Assembly: GCF_036365525.1 (NCBI RefSeq)
Contig: NC_090404.1
Location: forward strand, 806,001-870,000
Length of the DNA stretch: 64,000 nucleotides
Direction: 5' to 3'
Source of the DNA: Heterodontus francisci
Lineage: Eukaryota
In this document: positions 13,130-25,400 of the stretch, piece after piece
How positions within the stretch are numbered: position 1 is the first letter of the stretch
Layout of the letters: each line of letters starts with the position of its first letter
Program-made: the position numbers and the translations under genes
Notes under the pieces: model-generated
Told to the model about the DNA's origin: nothing
The model's database searches: none
What the model saw: the letters and a program-made list of their open reading frames with translations, nothing else

Positions 13130-13246
13130 GAGAAGATCAGCCAGTTCAAACAAGTAGCTCAGCCCAGCAATGTTGGGGAGTGGGAAGAGGGTGAGGTTGG
13201 AGACAGGCTGGGAGACCCTTTTCCTCGGCCTGGAATCCACTGGTGC

Positions 13247-13590
13247 TCATAGGATCTCGCAGTTCTCCCGCTCGATGCTGCCAATGACGGGTTCCTGACT
13301 GGACTCGTGATGAACCTCACAGGCGTAGCGTGCGTGAGCGCCCCACTTCCTGGTTGGCAGGGTCAGGTAGCTGCTCCAGCTGTAGGTGCCGTCCTGGTTC
13401 AGCGTGGCCTCCGCCGCACCGGTGTGCTTCTCGCTCTCCGCCTCCTCGCCATCCAGTGTCCAGCGGGCCCGAACGTACCCTGGATAGAAGCCACGCGCCA
13501 GGCAGCTGAGGGTGACATTGCCTTCAAGGCTGGCCAGTTGCTCACTCGGCGGTGGGTATAGTTGGACAGAGGGCATCGACAGATCGCGGC
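13247..13590 (-). CDS. Ig light-chain-like gene, exon 3: C1-set constant domain with terminal interchain Cys
   Basis: Acceptor ctcctgctcacag| (phase 1). RDLSMPSVQLYPP...TLSCLARGFYP...W...DGTYSWSSYLTL...W...YACEVHHES...ENCEIL*: canonical C1 Cys/Trp/Cys, FYP and YxCxVxH motifs; no transmembrane segment. Confidence 0.95.
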
Positions 13591-13699
13591 CTGTGAGCAG
13601 GAGGAAAGAGGAGGCGTTAGTCAGGCCCCAAAACTGAAACAACAACAATTACCACCTTAGCAGATTGCTAATCCTTCCAGCACTTCATATTGTCCTTCC

Positions 13700-15122
13700 T
13701 GTGTGATATGGAGACTGGAACTGTACACAGTGCTCCCGGTGTGATATGGAGACTGGAACTGTACACTGTGCTCCAAGTGTGATATGGAGACTGGAACTGT
13801 ACACAGTGCTCCCAGTGTGATATGGAGACTGGAACTGTACACGGTGCTCCGAGTGTGATATGGAGACTGGAACTGTACACTGTGCTCCAAGTGTGATATG
13901 GAGACCGGAACTGTACACAGTGCTCAGAGTGTGATATGGAGACTGGAACTGTACACGGTGCTCCAAGTGTGATATGGAGACCGGAACTGTACACAGTGCT
14001 CCCAGTGTGATATGGAGACTGGAACTGTACACAGTGCTCCCAGTGTGATATGGAGACTGGAACTGTACACAGTGCTCCCAGTGTGATATGGAGACTGGAA
14101 TTGTACACGGTGGTCCAAGTGTGATACGGAAACCGGAACTGTACACAGTGCTCAGAGTGTGATATGGAGACTGGAACTGTACACGGTGCTCCGAGTGTGA
14201 TATGGAGACTGGAACTGTACACAGTGCTCCCAGTGTGATATGGAGACTGGAACTGTACACAGTGCTCCAAGTGTGATATGGAGACAGGAACTGTACACAG
14301 TGCTCCAAGTGTGATATGGAGACCGGAACTATACACAGTGCTCCCAGTGTGATATAGAGACCGGAACTGTACACAGTGCTCCCAGTGTGATATAGAGACC
14401 GGAACTGTACATAGTGCTCCAAATGTGATATGGAGACCGGAATTGTACACAGTGTTCCAAGTGTGATATGGAGACCGGAACTGTACACAGTGCTCCCAGT
14501 GTGATATGCAGACCGGAACTGTACACAGTGCTCCCAGTGTGATATGGAGACTGGAACTGTACACAGTGCTCCAAGTGTGATATGGTGACTGGAACTGTAC
14601 ACAGTGCTCCAAGTGTGATATGGTGACTGGAACTGTACACAGTGCTCCCAGTGTGATATGGTGACTGGAACTGTACACAGTGCTCCCAGTGTGATATGGA
14701 GACTGGAACTGTACACAGTGCTCCAAGTGTGATATGGTGACTGGAACTGTACACAGTGCTCCCAGTGTGATATGGTGACTGGAACTGTACACAGTGCTCC
14801 CAGTGTGATATGGTGACTGGAACTGTACACAGTGCTCCGAGTGTGATATGGAGACTGGAACTGTACACAGTGCTCCCAGTGTGATATGGAGACTGGAACT
14901 GTACACAGTGCTCCCAGTGTGATATGGAGACTGGAACTGTACACAGTGCTCCAAGTGTGATATGGAGACTGGAACTGTACACAGTGCTCCCAGTGTGATA
15001 TGGTGACTGGAACTGTACACAGTGCTCCCAGTGTGATATGGTGACTGGAACTGTACACAGTGCTCCCAGTGTGATATGGTGACTGGAACTGTACACAGTG
15101 CTCCCAGTGTGATATGGTGACC
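13700..15122. repeat. Second array of the 38-bp CR1-derived minisatellite (~37 units) in the VJ-C intron
   Basis: Same unit and orientation as 6245-12862. Confidence 0.95.
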
Positions 15123-15329
15123 AGGACTGAGTGCTGGTATTGTGATATAGAGATGGGGAACGAGGAGCACCAATGTGCACGGAGAATTAGAAGAGACAGA
15201 CAGCACTAGAGTCAGAAACAGCAAAGGTGGAGTCAGAGTGAGAGTGTTAGTACTGGAGAAGAGAATCGTTCCATATTACATAGGAGCCAACTTGGAAGGA
15301 CCACGAGGAATGCAACGACAGGTTTACAA

Positions 15330-16175
15330 CACATGTATGTGAGTTCACTAAGTGTGGTGAATAAGGTTGGTGAGCTACCAGCACAAATAGCAGTATGGCA
15401 ATACGATTTAGTGGCAATAACAGAAAAATGGCTTAAAAATGGTGAGGACTGGGCGCTTAATATACAAGGATATAACATGTTCAGAAATGATAGAAGGACG
15501 AAGAAAGCGAAGTTGGGTGGCAGTACTGACTACTGAGTGGGGAAAATATTGTAGTGTTGGAAAGTGGGAATGTCCTTGAGGGGGTTAGAGTTGAGAAGCA
15601 AAAAGGGAATGATCACACTCCTGGGGGTGGTCTATGGACCTCCAAATAGTGAGAGAGAGAGAGATAGAGGAACAAATCTGTGGGAAATCACAGAGATGTG
15701 CAAGAACTATAGAGTGGTGATATTGGGGGACTTTAATTACCCAAATATCCATTGGGCTAATGTTAGAGCAAAGGGAAAGGAGTGGGAGGAATCTCTGAAA
15801 TGTGTTCAGGAGAACTTCCTTGACCAGGATGTTCTCGGTCCAACTAGGAAGGAGGCATTGCTGGATCTGGTGCTGGGGTATGAGGTGGGCCAAGTGGACC
15901 AAGTGTCTGTGGGGGACCACTCGGGTAAGAGCGATCATCGTATCATAAGTTTTAGATCAGTAATGGAGAAGAGCAAGGAATAATCTAAAGTAGAACCAGG
16001 CCAAATACAATAAGTTGGGAGGGGAGAAGTAAAGAGGAAAATCAGACTGGCAAAGAGAGAATATGAGAATAGAATGGCAGTTTACATAAAAGGGAACCCA
16101 AAAAACCTCTACAAGCATGTAAATAGTGTGTGAATAGTAAGAGGGGTGTAGTGCCTATTAGGGACAGAGAGGGTT
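15330..16175 (+). mobile_element. Degenerate CR1 LINE, APE endonuclease region
   Basis: YDLVAITEKWL, VILGDFNYPNIHW, PTRKEALLDLVL, SDH motifs. Confidence 0.85.
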
Positions 16176-16177
16176 TT

Positions 16178-16585
16178 TTTTAAGTCTTTCACAGGATGTG
16201 GGCATCATTGGCTAGACCAACATTTATTGCCCATCCCTAATTGCCCTTGATAACTGAGTGGTTTGTTAGGCCATTTCAGAGGGCAGTTAAGAGTCAACCA
16301 CATTGCTGTGGGTCTGGAGTCACATGTAGGCCAGACCAGGTCAGGACGGCTGATTTCCTCGCCAAAAGGACATGAGTGAACCAGATGGGTTTTTTTAATG
16401 ACAAGTGATGACAGTTTCATGGCACCATTACTGAGACTAGCTTTTAATTCCAGATTTTTATAAATTGATTGAATTTAAATTTCACCAGCTGCTGTGGTAG
16501 GATTTGAACCCATGTCGCCAGGGCATTAGCCTGGGCCTTTGGATTAACAGTTCTGTGACATTACCATTACACCACCATCTCCCCC
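16178..16585 (-). mobile_element. tRNA-derived SINE sharing its head and body with 1992-2310 and its tail with 4650-4710
   Basis: Minus strand: GGTGGTGTAATGG...GGGTTCAAATCC..., CCCATCTGGTTCACTCATGTCCTTT..., then GGGCAATTAGGGATGGGCAATAAATG. Confidence 0.8.
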
Positions 16586-16639
16586 AAATATGTAATACAG
16601 GCTTAGAGGTGCAGGGCAAGGCTAATATACATAATGAGT

Positions 16640-16740
16640 AACAAAAACAGAAAGTGCTGGAAATACTCAGCAGGTCTGGCAGCATCTGGGGAGAGAGAAA
16701 CAGAGTTAATGTTTCAGGTCAGTGACTCTTCTGATGAAGG
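16640..16740. mobile_element. Penelope-like terminal-repeat fragment, same family as 34263-34480
   Basis: AAAACAGAAAGTGCTGGAAATACTCAGCAGGTCTGGCAGCATCT...CTGATGAAGG. Confidence 0.6.
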
Positions 16741-17660
16741 AGGGAGGTTATGCTGAACCTTTATAAAGCTCTGGTTAGGCCCCAACTGGAGTATTGAGTC
16801 CATGTTCTGGTCACCACACTTTAGGAAGGATGTGAGGGTCCTTGAGAGGGTGTAGAGGAGATTTACCAGAATGGTTCCAGGGATGGGGGATTTTAGTTAC
16901 AAGGTTAGATTGGAGAAGCTGGGGTTGTTCTCCCTGGAGTAAAGGAGATTGAGGGGAGATTTGATCGAGGTGTACAAGATTATGACAGGTTTAGATAATT
17001 TAGACAAAGAAAAACTGTTCCCATTAACTGATGGTACAAGGACTAGGAGACACAGATTGAAGGTTTTGGGTAAGAGATGCAGGAGGAATGTCATGGTCAT
17101 AGAGAGATACAGCACTGAAACAGGCCCTTCGGCCCACCGAGTCTGTGCCAGCCAACAACCACCCATTTATACTAATCCTACATGAATCCCATATTCCCAA
17201 CCACATCCCCACCATTCTCCTACCGCCTACCTACACTAGGGGCAATTTACAATGGCCAATTTACCTATCGACCTGCAAGTCTTTGGCTGTGGGAGGAAAC
17301 CGGAGCACCCGGAGGAAACCCACACCGTCACAGGGAGAACTTGCAAACTCCACACAGGCAGTGCCCAGAATCGAACCCGGGTCCCTGGAGCTGTGAGGCT
17401 GCGGTGCTAACCACTGCGCCGCCCAATGTGAGGACAAGGTTTTTTACACAGTGGGAGGTAATGACCTGGAACTCAGTGCCTACGAGGGTTGGTGGGAGAG
17501 GAGACGATGAATGATTTCACAAGGAAGTTGGATGATAACCTGAGATAAGTAGACTTGCAGGGCTACAGGGGAGTGAGACTAATTGCATAGCTCCTTAAAG
17601 AGCTGGCATGGACTTGCTGGGCGGAATGGCCTCTTTCTGTGCTGTAAATGATTCTATGAT
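16738..17660 (+). mobile_element. CR1 LINE 3' fragment interrupted by a SINE
   Basis: RGDLIEVYKIMTGLD...TRRHRLK motifs and CR1 tail; nearly the same sequence as 1-560. Confidence 0.85.
17092..17424 (-). mobile_element. HE1-type V-SINE (tRNA head, V domain, CR1 tail)
   Basis: Minus strand GGCGGCGCAGTGGTTAGC...GGGTTCGATTC, V-domain TGTGTGGAGTTTGCA...GGGTTTCCTCCGGGTGCTCCGGTTTCCTCCCACA, tail GGGCCGAAGGGCCTGTTTC. Flanked by a duplicated AATGT. Confidence 0.85.
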
Positions 17661-17742
17661 TGAGTGCTCTGTGAGTACTGGGTACTGGTGCCACGTCTGT
17701 ATATAAGCTGGTAGACACGACAGTCGGGTAGACGATACTCAC

Positions 17743-18096
17743 TGCGTATAAGCAGGTGTTCTCCATAGCTGAAGTAGAGCTGGTTGTTGTAAGTAATAGC
17801 ACAGTAGTAAGCAGCAGTGTCTGCCTCGGCCACGCGGTCCACGTTCAGGATGTAGCTGTTAGTTGTCAGGTCCCTGGAAGGTCTGAAGCGCTCGGTGATG
17901 CCCTGGCCCCGCTTAATCTCGCCACTTGCCCATTGGACCAGCACCCACTCCGGCCTCATCCCGCTCCGCAGCCGGTACCAGAACCCACCATAGTCGGCGA
18001 CATTTAGGTTCTGGACACGGCAGGACAAGGTGACATCCCCTCCCGATAGAACTGAGGTCGACAGCGGCTGTTGGAGAACAGGGACCGCCGTGGCAC
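17743..18096 (-). CDS. Ig light-chain-like gene, exon 2: leader remainder plus germline-joined V and J in one exon
   Basis: Acceptor ctcccgtcttccag| and donor A|GTGAGT, both phase 1. 354 bp encoding ATA-VPVLQQP...LSC...WYR...PEWVL...RFRPSRD...DTAAYYC-AITYNNQLY-FSYGEHLLIR. Resembles shark type I (NS5) light-chain V. Confidence 0.95.
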
Positions 18097-18244
18097 CTGG
18101 AAGACGGGAGGGCAAGAGGTTTAGGCAGGATTCAGTACGGATTTGGAATGAAAAACAGGAAAGGAAGGGAGGACGCAATGAGTAATGGCAAACGATAAAG
18201 GAAAAGAGAAATAGAATGGGGAAAAATAGAGAGAAAGTAACAAA

Positions 18245-18545
18245 AACAACGGTTTGCATTTAAATAGCGTCTTTAACAGACAAAACCGAACCAAGGTGCT
18301 TCACAGGAGTATTATAAATCACAAAATGACACCGAAACACATAAGGAGATTTTAGGGCAGGTGCTCAGTCAAAGATAGAGGAGCAGAGAGAGTTGGGGGG
18401 CGGAGAGGTTTAAGGAGGGAAGTTAGGGAATTCCAGAGTTTAGGGGCCAGGCAGCTGAAGGCACGGCCGCCAATGGTGGAGCGATGGCAATCGGGGGATG
18501 GGCAAGAGGCTGGAATTGGAGGAGCTCAGAGATCTCGGAGACTGG
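18245..18545 (-). mobile_element. L2 LINE 3' end, running into the 37-bp array
   Basis: L2-type tail (TTGCATTTAAATAGCG...AAGGTGCTTCACAGG) and GGCAGCTGAAGGCACGGCCGCCAATGGTG...GGAATTGGAGGAGC.CAGAGATCTCGGAG. Confidence 0.75.
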
Positions 18546-20690
18546 TAGGGACTGGAGGAAGTTACAGAGATAGGGAGGGTTGTAGGGACTGGAGGAAGTT
18601 ACAGAGATAGGGAGGGTTGCAGGGACTGGAGGAGGTTACAGAGATAGGGAGGATTGTAGGGACTGGAGGAGATTACAGAAATAGGGAGGGTTGTAGGGGC
18701 TGGAGGAGGTTACAGAGATAGGGAGGGTTGTAGGGACTGGAGGAGATTACAGAAATAGGGAGGGTTGTAGGGGCTGGAGCAGGTTACAGAGATAGGGAAG
18801 GTTGTAGGGACTGGAGGAGATTACAGAAATAGGGAGGGTTGTAGGGGCTGGAGGAAGTTACAGAGATAGGGAGGGTTGTAGGGACTGGAGGAGATTACAG
18901 AAATAGGGAGGGTGGTAGGGGCTGGAGGAGGTTACAGAGACAGGGAGGGTTGTAGAGACTGGAGGAGATTACAGAAATAGGGAGGGTTGTAGGGGCTGGA
19001 GGAGGTTACAGAGATAGGGAGGGTTGTAGGAGGTGGAGGAGGTTACAGAGATAGGGAGGGTTGTAGGGACTGGAGGAGATTACAGAAATAGGGAGGGTTG
19101 TAGGGGCTGGAGGAGGTTACAGAGATAGGGAGTGTTGCAGGGACTGGAGGAGATTACAGAAATAGGGAGGGTTGAAGGGGCTGGAGGAGGTTACAGACTT
19201 AGGGAGGGATGTAGGGGCTGGAGGAGGTTACAGAGATAGGGAGGGTTGTAGGGACTGGAGGAGATTACAGAGATAGGGAGGGTTGTAGGGACTGGAGGAG
19301 ATTACAGAGATAGGGAGGGTTGTAGGGACTGGAGGAGATTACAGAGATAGGGAGGGTTGTAGGGACTGGAGGAGATTACAGAGATAGGGAGGGATGTAGG
19401 GGCTGGAGGAGGTTACAGAGATAGGGAGGGTTGCAGGGACTGGAGGAGATTACAAAGATTGGGAGGGTTGCAGGGACTGGAGGAGATTACAGAGATAGGG
19501 AGGGTTGTAGGGACTGGAGGAGATTACAGAGATAGGGAGGGTTGTAGGGACTGGAGGAGATTACAGAAATAGGGAGGGTTGTAGGGGCTGCAGGAGGTTA
19601 CAGAGATAGGGAGAGTTGCAGGGACTGGAGGAGATTACAGAAATAGGGAGGGTTGTAGGGGCTGGATGAGGTTACAGAGATAGGGAGGGTTGTAGGGACT
19701 GGAGGAGATTACAGAAGTAGGGAGTGTTGTAGTGGCTGGAGGAGGTTACAGAGATAGGGAGGGGTGTAGGGACTGGAGGAGGTTACAGAGATAGGGAGGG
19801 GTGTGGGGACTGGAGGAGGTTACAGAGATAGGGAGGGTTGTAGTGGCTGGAGGAGGTTACAGAGATAGGGAGGGGTGTAGGGACTGGAGGAGGTTACAGA
19901 GATAGGGAGGGGTGTGGGGACTGGAGGAGGTTACAGAGATAGGGTTGTGGGGACTGGAGGATGTTACAGAGATAGGGAGGGGTGTAGTGGCTGGAGGAGG
20001 TTACAGAGATAGGGAGGGTTGTGGGGCTGGAGGAGGTTACAGAGATAGGGAGGGTTGTAGGGGCTGGAGGAGGTTACAGAGATAGGGAGGGTTGTAGGGG
20101 CTGGAGGAGGTTACAGAGATAGGGAGGGTTGTAGGGACTGGAGGAGGTTACACAGATAGGGAGGGTTGTAGGGGCTGGAGGAGGTTACAGAGATAGGGAG
20201 GGTTGTAGGGACTGGAGGAGGTTACAGAGATAGGGAGGGTTGTAGGGGCTGGAGGAGGTTACAGAGATAGGGAGGGTTGTAGGGACTGGAGGAGGTTACA
20301 GAGATAGGGAGGGTTGTAGGGGCTGGAGGAGGTTACAGAGATAGGGAGGAATGTAGGGGCTGGAGGAGGTTACAGAGATAGGGAGAGTTGCAGGGACTGG
20401 AGGAGATTACAGAAATAGGGAGGGTTGTAGGGGCTGGATGAGGTTACAGAGATAGGGAGGGTTGTAGGGACTGGAGGAGGTTACAGAGATAGGGAGGGTT
20501 GTAGGGGCTGGAGGAGGTTACAGAGATAGGGAGGGTTGTAGGGACTGGAGGAGGTTACAGAGATAGGGAGGGGTGTAGGGACTGGAGGAGGTTACAGAGA
20601 TAGGGAGGGGTGTAGAGACTGGAGGAGATTACAGAGATAGGGAGGGGTGTAGGGGCTGGAGGAGGTTACAGAGATAGGGAGGGTTGTAGT
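18546..20690. repeat. 37-bp purine-rich minisatellite (GGAGGAGGTTACAGAGATAGGGAGGGTTGTAGGGGCT), ~58 units, L2-derived
   Basis: Direct periodicity; contiguous with L2 sequence. Confidence 0.95.
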
Positions 20691-21769
20691 AAAACATCCC
20701 GAGGTTCTTGACAATTTGACACGGAACCACGTTCAGAGACATTGTTCCAGAATTTGCTTTTATAAATAACAGTGAGGTTAGTGGAATTTACTGTTATTTC
20801 TCTCTACTACATCGAACCCTTGCATAATTTTAAAGACTTCGATCAGGTCACCCCTCAGTCTTCTCTTTTCTGGAGAGAAAAGCCCAACCTGTTCAATCGT
20901 TCTCGAATTGTACTTTTCACCCTATCAGCCTCTGGTACACATGAACAACCCCCAGTACTATCATGATACCCCTGTCTATTATCTATTACCGTACTGTTTT
21001 ATCCAGTAAAGCCTCATAGTTTACCACATCCAACCTGTGTCCTTACAACACTGCAAGTACATCTCAGAAAGAGGTCATTTTTTGAATCTAAGTCACATAA
21101 AATTAATTTTATTCGAACTTGCTTTTAGAACAAGTAATTAGCAACTCAATGAGGTCAATTTTCAAAAAGACAAATAGATTTGCACAACGAACTTCGAGAT
21201 AGTGAGCAACCTTCAACTGTCTCACAAATTACTGACAGGTCAGGGAGGACAAGAAGGGACACATTCCTGCAGCCACGGAGGATGCCTTTTGTGATTTGCT
21301 GGGGGCCATTTCAGTGCCATGGCCGGGCCAGATTGGAATGACTACCAAACAACCTCGCTGACCCAGAAAACTAACAATTACAAGTGTGGAGTCTCATTCC
21401 TTCAGGTGGTGACATTAGGGTGAATGTTAGGGCAGATTTTTAAAGAAGTCAAATTGTAAAGTTTTAATCATTTCACTCCTGACACGTTCGTCCCCCTCTC
21501 TCTCTCTCTCTCTCTTAATCTAATCTTCTTTCTCTCTCTCCATCTGATTTAATGTTGAATTTACCTTCCCCCCACCCCCCACCACTTAGATCACCTTCCT
21601 TCCCAGTACTTGCACTGGATATTTCCCAATCACATTGGTTAAGGAGATGCCCTTTTGCCCTGGCTGCAGGGTTCCGAGCGGAAAGGGTCAGGAGTGGGTT
21701 CTAACTAACAGCAGACACCATTATATTCTACCTCCAAACCTGGTCCTTTAAGGAGCAACACAGGGGAGA

Positions 21770-22390
21770 GAGAATTCCAGAGGAGAAGCTGAGGCAATGA
21801 TGGAGCAGAACTAGAGGAGCACAGAGATCTCGGAGGGTTGTAGGGAATGGAGGAGGTTACAGAGATAGGGAGGGTTGTAGGGGCTGGAGGAGGTTACAGA
21901 GATAGGGAGGGGTGTTAAGGCTGGAGGAGGTTACAGAGATAGGGAGGAGTGTTAAGGCTGGAGGAGGTTACAGAGATAGGGAGGAGTGTAGGGGCTGGAG
22001 GAGGTTACAGAGATAGGGAGGAGTGTAGGAGCTGGAGGAGGTTACAGAGATAGGGAGGGGTGTTAAGGCTGGAGGAGGTTACAGAGATAGGGAGGAGTGT
22101 AGGAGCTGGAGGGATTTGAAAAGGGATGTTAAAATCAGGATCTTGCTAGACCGGGAGTCAGTGTAGGTCAGCGAGCACGGGGTGAGAGGGGAACAGGACC
22201 TGGTATGAGTTCAGACACGGACAGCAGAGTTATGATGACCTCAAGTTTACTGATGGTAGAATGTGGGAGAGCAGCCAGGATCACATTGGAATAGTCAAGT
22301 CTAGAGGACACAAAGGCAGGGATGAGGGTTTCAGCAGCTGATGAGCTGAGACGGGGGCAGAGAGGGGCGATCTTACAGAGGTGCAATAGG
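21770..22390 (-). mobile_element. L2 fragment with a short (~7 unit) internal expansion of the 37-bp unit
   Basis: ORF 22168-22386 reads AAETLIPAFVSSRLDYSN (L2 RT C-terminus); repeat units at ~21830-22110. Confidence 0.8.
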
Positions 22391-22439
22391 TGAGTTTGGT
22401 GACGGAGAGGTTTTGGGATTGGAAAGGTGGAGGAAAAGA

Positions 22440-25400
22440 AAGAAAATATCTTTCATCTCTACCTCAACTTTCACCACCGAAGGATAACCCAAAGTAATTT
22501 GCAGCCAAGCAAATACTTTTTCAAGTGCATTCAATGTTGTAATCTACGAAATGCAGCAGGCAACCTGTGCACAGCAAGATCCCACAAACAGCGACATCAG
22601 AAATGACTGGACAATTGGTTATTTTTTGTGATGTAGATTGAGGGATACAGATTGGTCCCTGAACACCGGAAAGAACTCACCATCCCCTGCTTTCCTCGTA
22701 TTGGTGGCTGTGGGACCCTTCACACCAAACCTGAGAGAGCGCATTTTTAACATCTCATCCCAAAAGACAGCACCGATGACAGTGCAGCACTCCCTCAGTA
22801 CTGACCCTCCGACAGTGCAGCACTCCCTCAGTACTGACCCTCCGACAGTGCAGCACTCCCTCAGTACTGACCCTCCGACAGTGCAGCACTCCCTCAGTAC
22901 TGACCCTCCGACAGTGCAGCACTCTTTCGGTACTGACCCTCTGACAGTGCAGCACTCCCTCAGGACTGACCCTCCGACAGTGCAGCACTCCCTCAGGACT
23001 GACCCTCCGACAGTGCAGCACTCCCTCAGTACTGACTCTCCGACAGTGCAGCACTCTTTCGGTACTGACCCTCTGACAGTGCCGCAGTCCCTCAGTACTG
23101 ACCCTCTGACAGTGCAGCACTCCCTCAGTAATGACCCTCCGACAGTGCAGCACTCCCTCAGTACTGACCCTCCGACAGTGCAGCACTCCCTCGGTACTGA
23201 CCCTCTGACAGTGCGACACTCCCTCAGTACTGACCCTCTGACAGTGCGGCACTCCCTCAGTACTGACCCTCTGACAGTGCAGCGTTCCCTCAGTACTGAC
23301 CGTCCGACATTGCGGCACTCCCTCAGTCCTGACCCTCCGACAGTGCAGCACTCCCTCGGTACTGACCCTCTGACAGTGCGGCACTCCCTCAGTACTGACC
23401 CTCTGACAGTGCGGCACTCCCTCAGTACTGACCCTCCGACAGTGCAGCACTCCCTCAGTACTGACTCTCCGACAGTGCAGCACTCCCTCGGTACTGACCC
23501 TTCGTCCTTGCGGCACACCCCCAGTACTGACCTTCCGACAGTGCGGCACTCCCTCGGTACTGACCCTTCAACCATGCGGCACTCATTCAGTACTGACCCT
23601 CCGACAGTGCAGCACTCCCTCAGTACTGACTCTCCGACAGTGCAGCACTCCCTCGGTACTGACCCTTCGTCCTTGCGGCACACCCCCAGTACTGACCTTC
23701 CGACAGTGCGGCACTCCCTCGGTACTGACCCTTCAACCATGCGGCACTCATTCAGTACTGACCCTCCGACAGTGCAGCACTCCCTCGGTACTGACCCTCT
23801 GACAGTGCGGCACTCCCTCAGTACTGACCCTCTGACAGTGCGGCACTCCCTCAGTACTGACCCTCCGACAGTGCAGCACTCCCTCAGTACTGACTCTCCG
23901 ACAGTGCAGCACTCCCTCGGTACTGACCCTTCGTCCTTGCGGCACACCCCCAGTACTGACCTTCCGACAGTGCGGCACTCCCTCGGTACTGACCCTTCAA
24001 CCATGCGGCACTCATTCAGTACTGACCTTCCGACAGTGCGGCACTCCCTCGGTACTGACCCTTCAACCATGCGGCACTCATTCAGTACTGACCTTCCGAC
24101 AGTGCGGCACTCCCTCGGTACTGACCCTTCAACCATGCGGCACTCATTCAGTACTGACCCTCCGACATTGCGGCACTCCCTCAGTACTGACCAGCCGACA
24201 GTGCGACACTCCCTCGGTACTGACCCTTCAACCATGCGGCACTCATTCAGTACTGACCCTCCGACAGTGCAGCACTGCCTCGGTACTGACCCTTCATCCA
24301 TGCGGCACTTCCCCAGTACTGACCCTCCGACAGTGCGGCACTCCCTCAGTACTGACCCTCCAACATTGCGGCACTCCCTCAGTACTGACCCTCCGACAGT
24401 GCGGCACTCACTCAGTACTGACCCTCCAACATTGCGGCACTCCCTCAGTACTGACTCTCCGACATTGCGGCACTCCCTCAGGACTGACCCTCCGACAGTG
24501 CAGCATTCCCTCGGTACTGACCCTTCAACCATGCGGCACTCATTCAGTACTGACCCTCCGACAGTGCGGCACTCCCTCAGTACTGACCAGCCGACAGTGC
24601 GGCACTCCCTCGGTACTGACCCTCCGACAGTGCGACACTCCCTCGGTACTGACCCTCCGATAGTGCAGCACTCCATTGGTACTGACCCTCCGACAGTGCG
24701 GCACTCCCTCGGTACTGACCCTCCGACAGTGCGACACTCCCTCGGTACTGACCCTCCGATAGTGCAGCACTCCCTCAGTACTGACCCTCCGACAGTGCGG
24801 CACTCCCTCAGTACTGACCCTCCGACAGTGCAGCACTCCCTCAGTATTGACCCTCTGACAGTGCGGCACTCCCTCAGTACTGACCCTCCGACATTGTGGC
24901 ACTCCCTCGGTACTGACCCTCCGACGGTGCAGCACTCCCTCGGTACTGACCCTCCGACAGTGCGGCACTCCCTCAGTACTGACCCTTCAACCATGCGGCA
25001 CTCCCTCGGTACTGACCCTCTGACCATGCAGTGCTCCCTCAGTCCCGAACCTCCGACATTGTGGTGCTCCCTCATTACTGACCCTCCGACAGTGCAGCAC
25101 GCCCTCATTACTGACCCTCCGACAGTGCGGCACTCCCTCAGTATTGACCCTCTGACAGTGCAGCACTCCCTCAGTACTGACCCTCTGACAGTGCAGCACT
25201 CCCTCAGTACTGACCCTCCGACAGTGCAGCACTCCCTCAGTACTGACCCTCCGACAGTGCAGCACTCCCTCAGTACTGACCCTCTGACAGTGCGGCACTC
25301 CCTCAGTACTGACCCTCCGACATTGTGGCACTCCCTCAATACTGACCCTCCGACAGTGCGGCTCTCCCTCAGTACTGACCCTCCGACATTGCGGCAGTCC

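Noticed and set aside
6245-15122. Functional RSSs from the CACAGTG in each unit
   Set aside because: No ACAAAAACC-like nonamer at 12 or 23 bp and no adjacent coding segments.
17800-17806. Embedded heptamer TACTGTG at the end of V (V-replacement signal)
   Set aside because: Explained by the Tyr-Cys codons, and there is no upstream donor V in the window.
13247-18096. TCR chain, IgNAR or MHC/beta-2-microglobulin identity for the Ig gene
   Set aside because: A single C1 domain ends in Cys plus stop and poly(A) with no transmembrane or further C exons; the V motifs and octamer fit a light chain.
18252-18259. Near-octamer GTTTGCAT just upstream of the V exon as a proximal promoter
   Set aside because: It lies in an L2 tail, and no ATG-bearing leader exon with a donor site was found between it and the V acceptor.
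18546-20690. Class-switch-like region in the Ig gene
   Set aside because: L2-derived, located in the leader-V intron, C-rich on the sense strand, poor in AGCT, and the same repeat occurs outside the gene.
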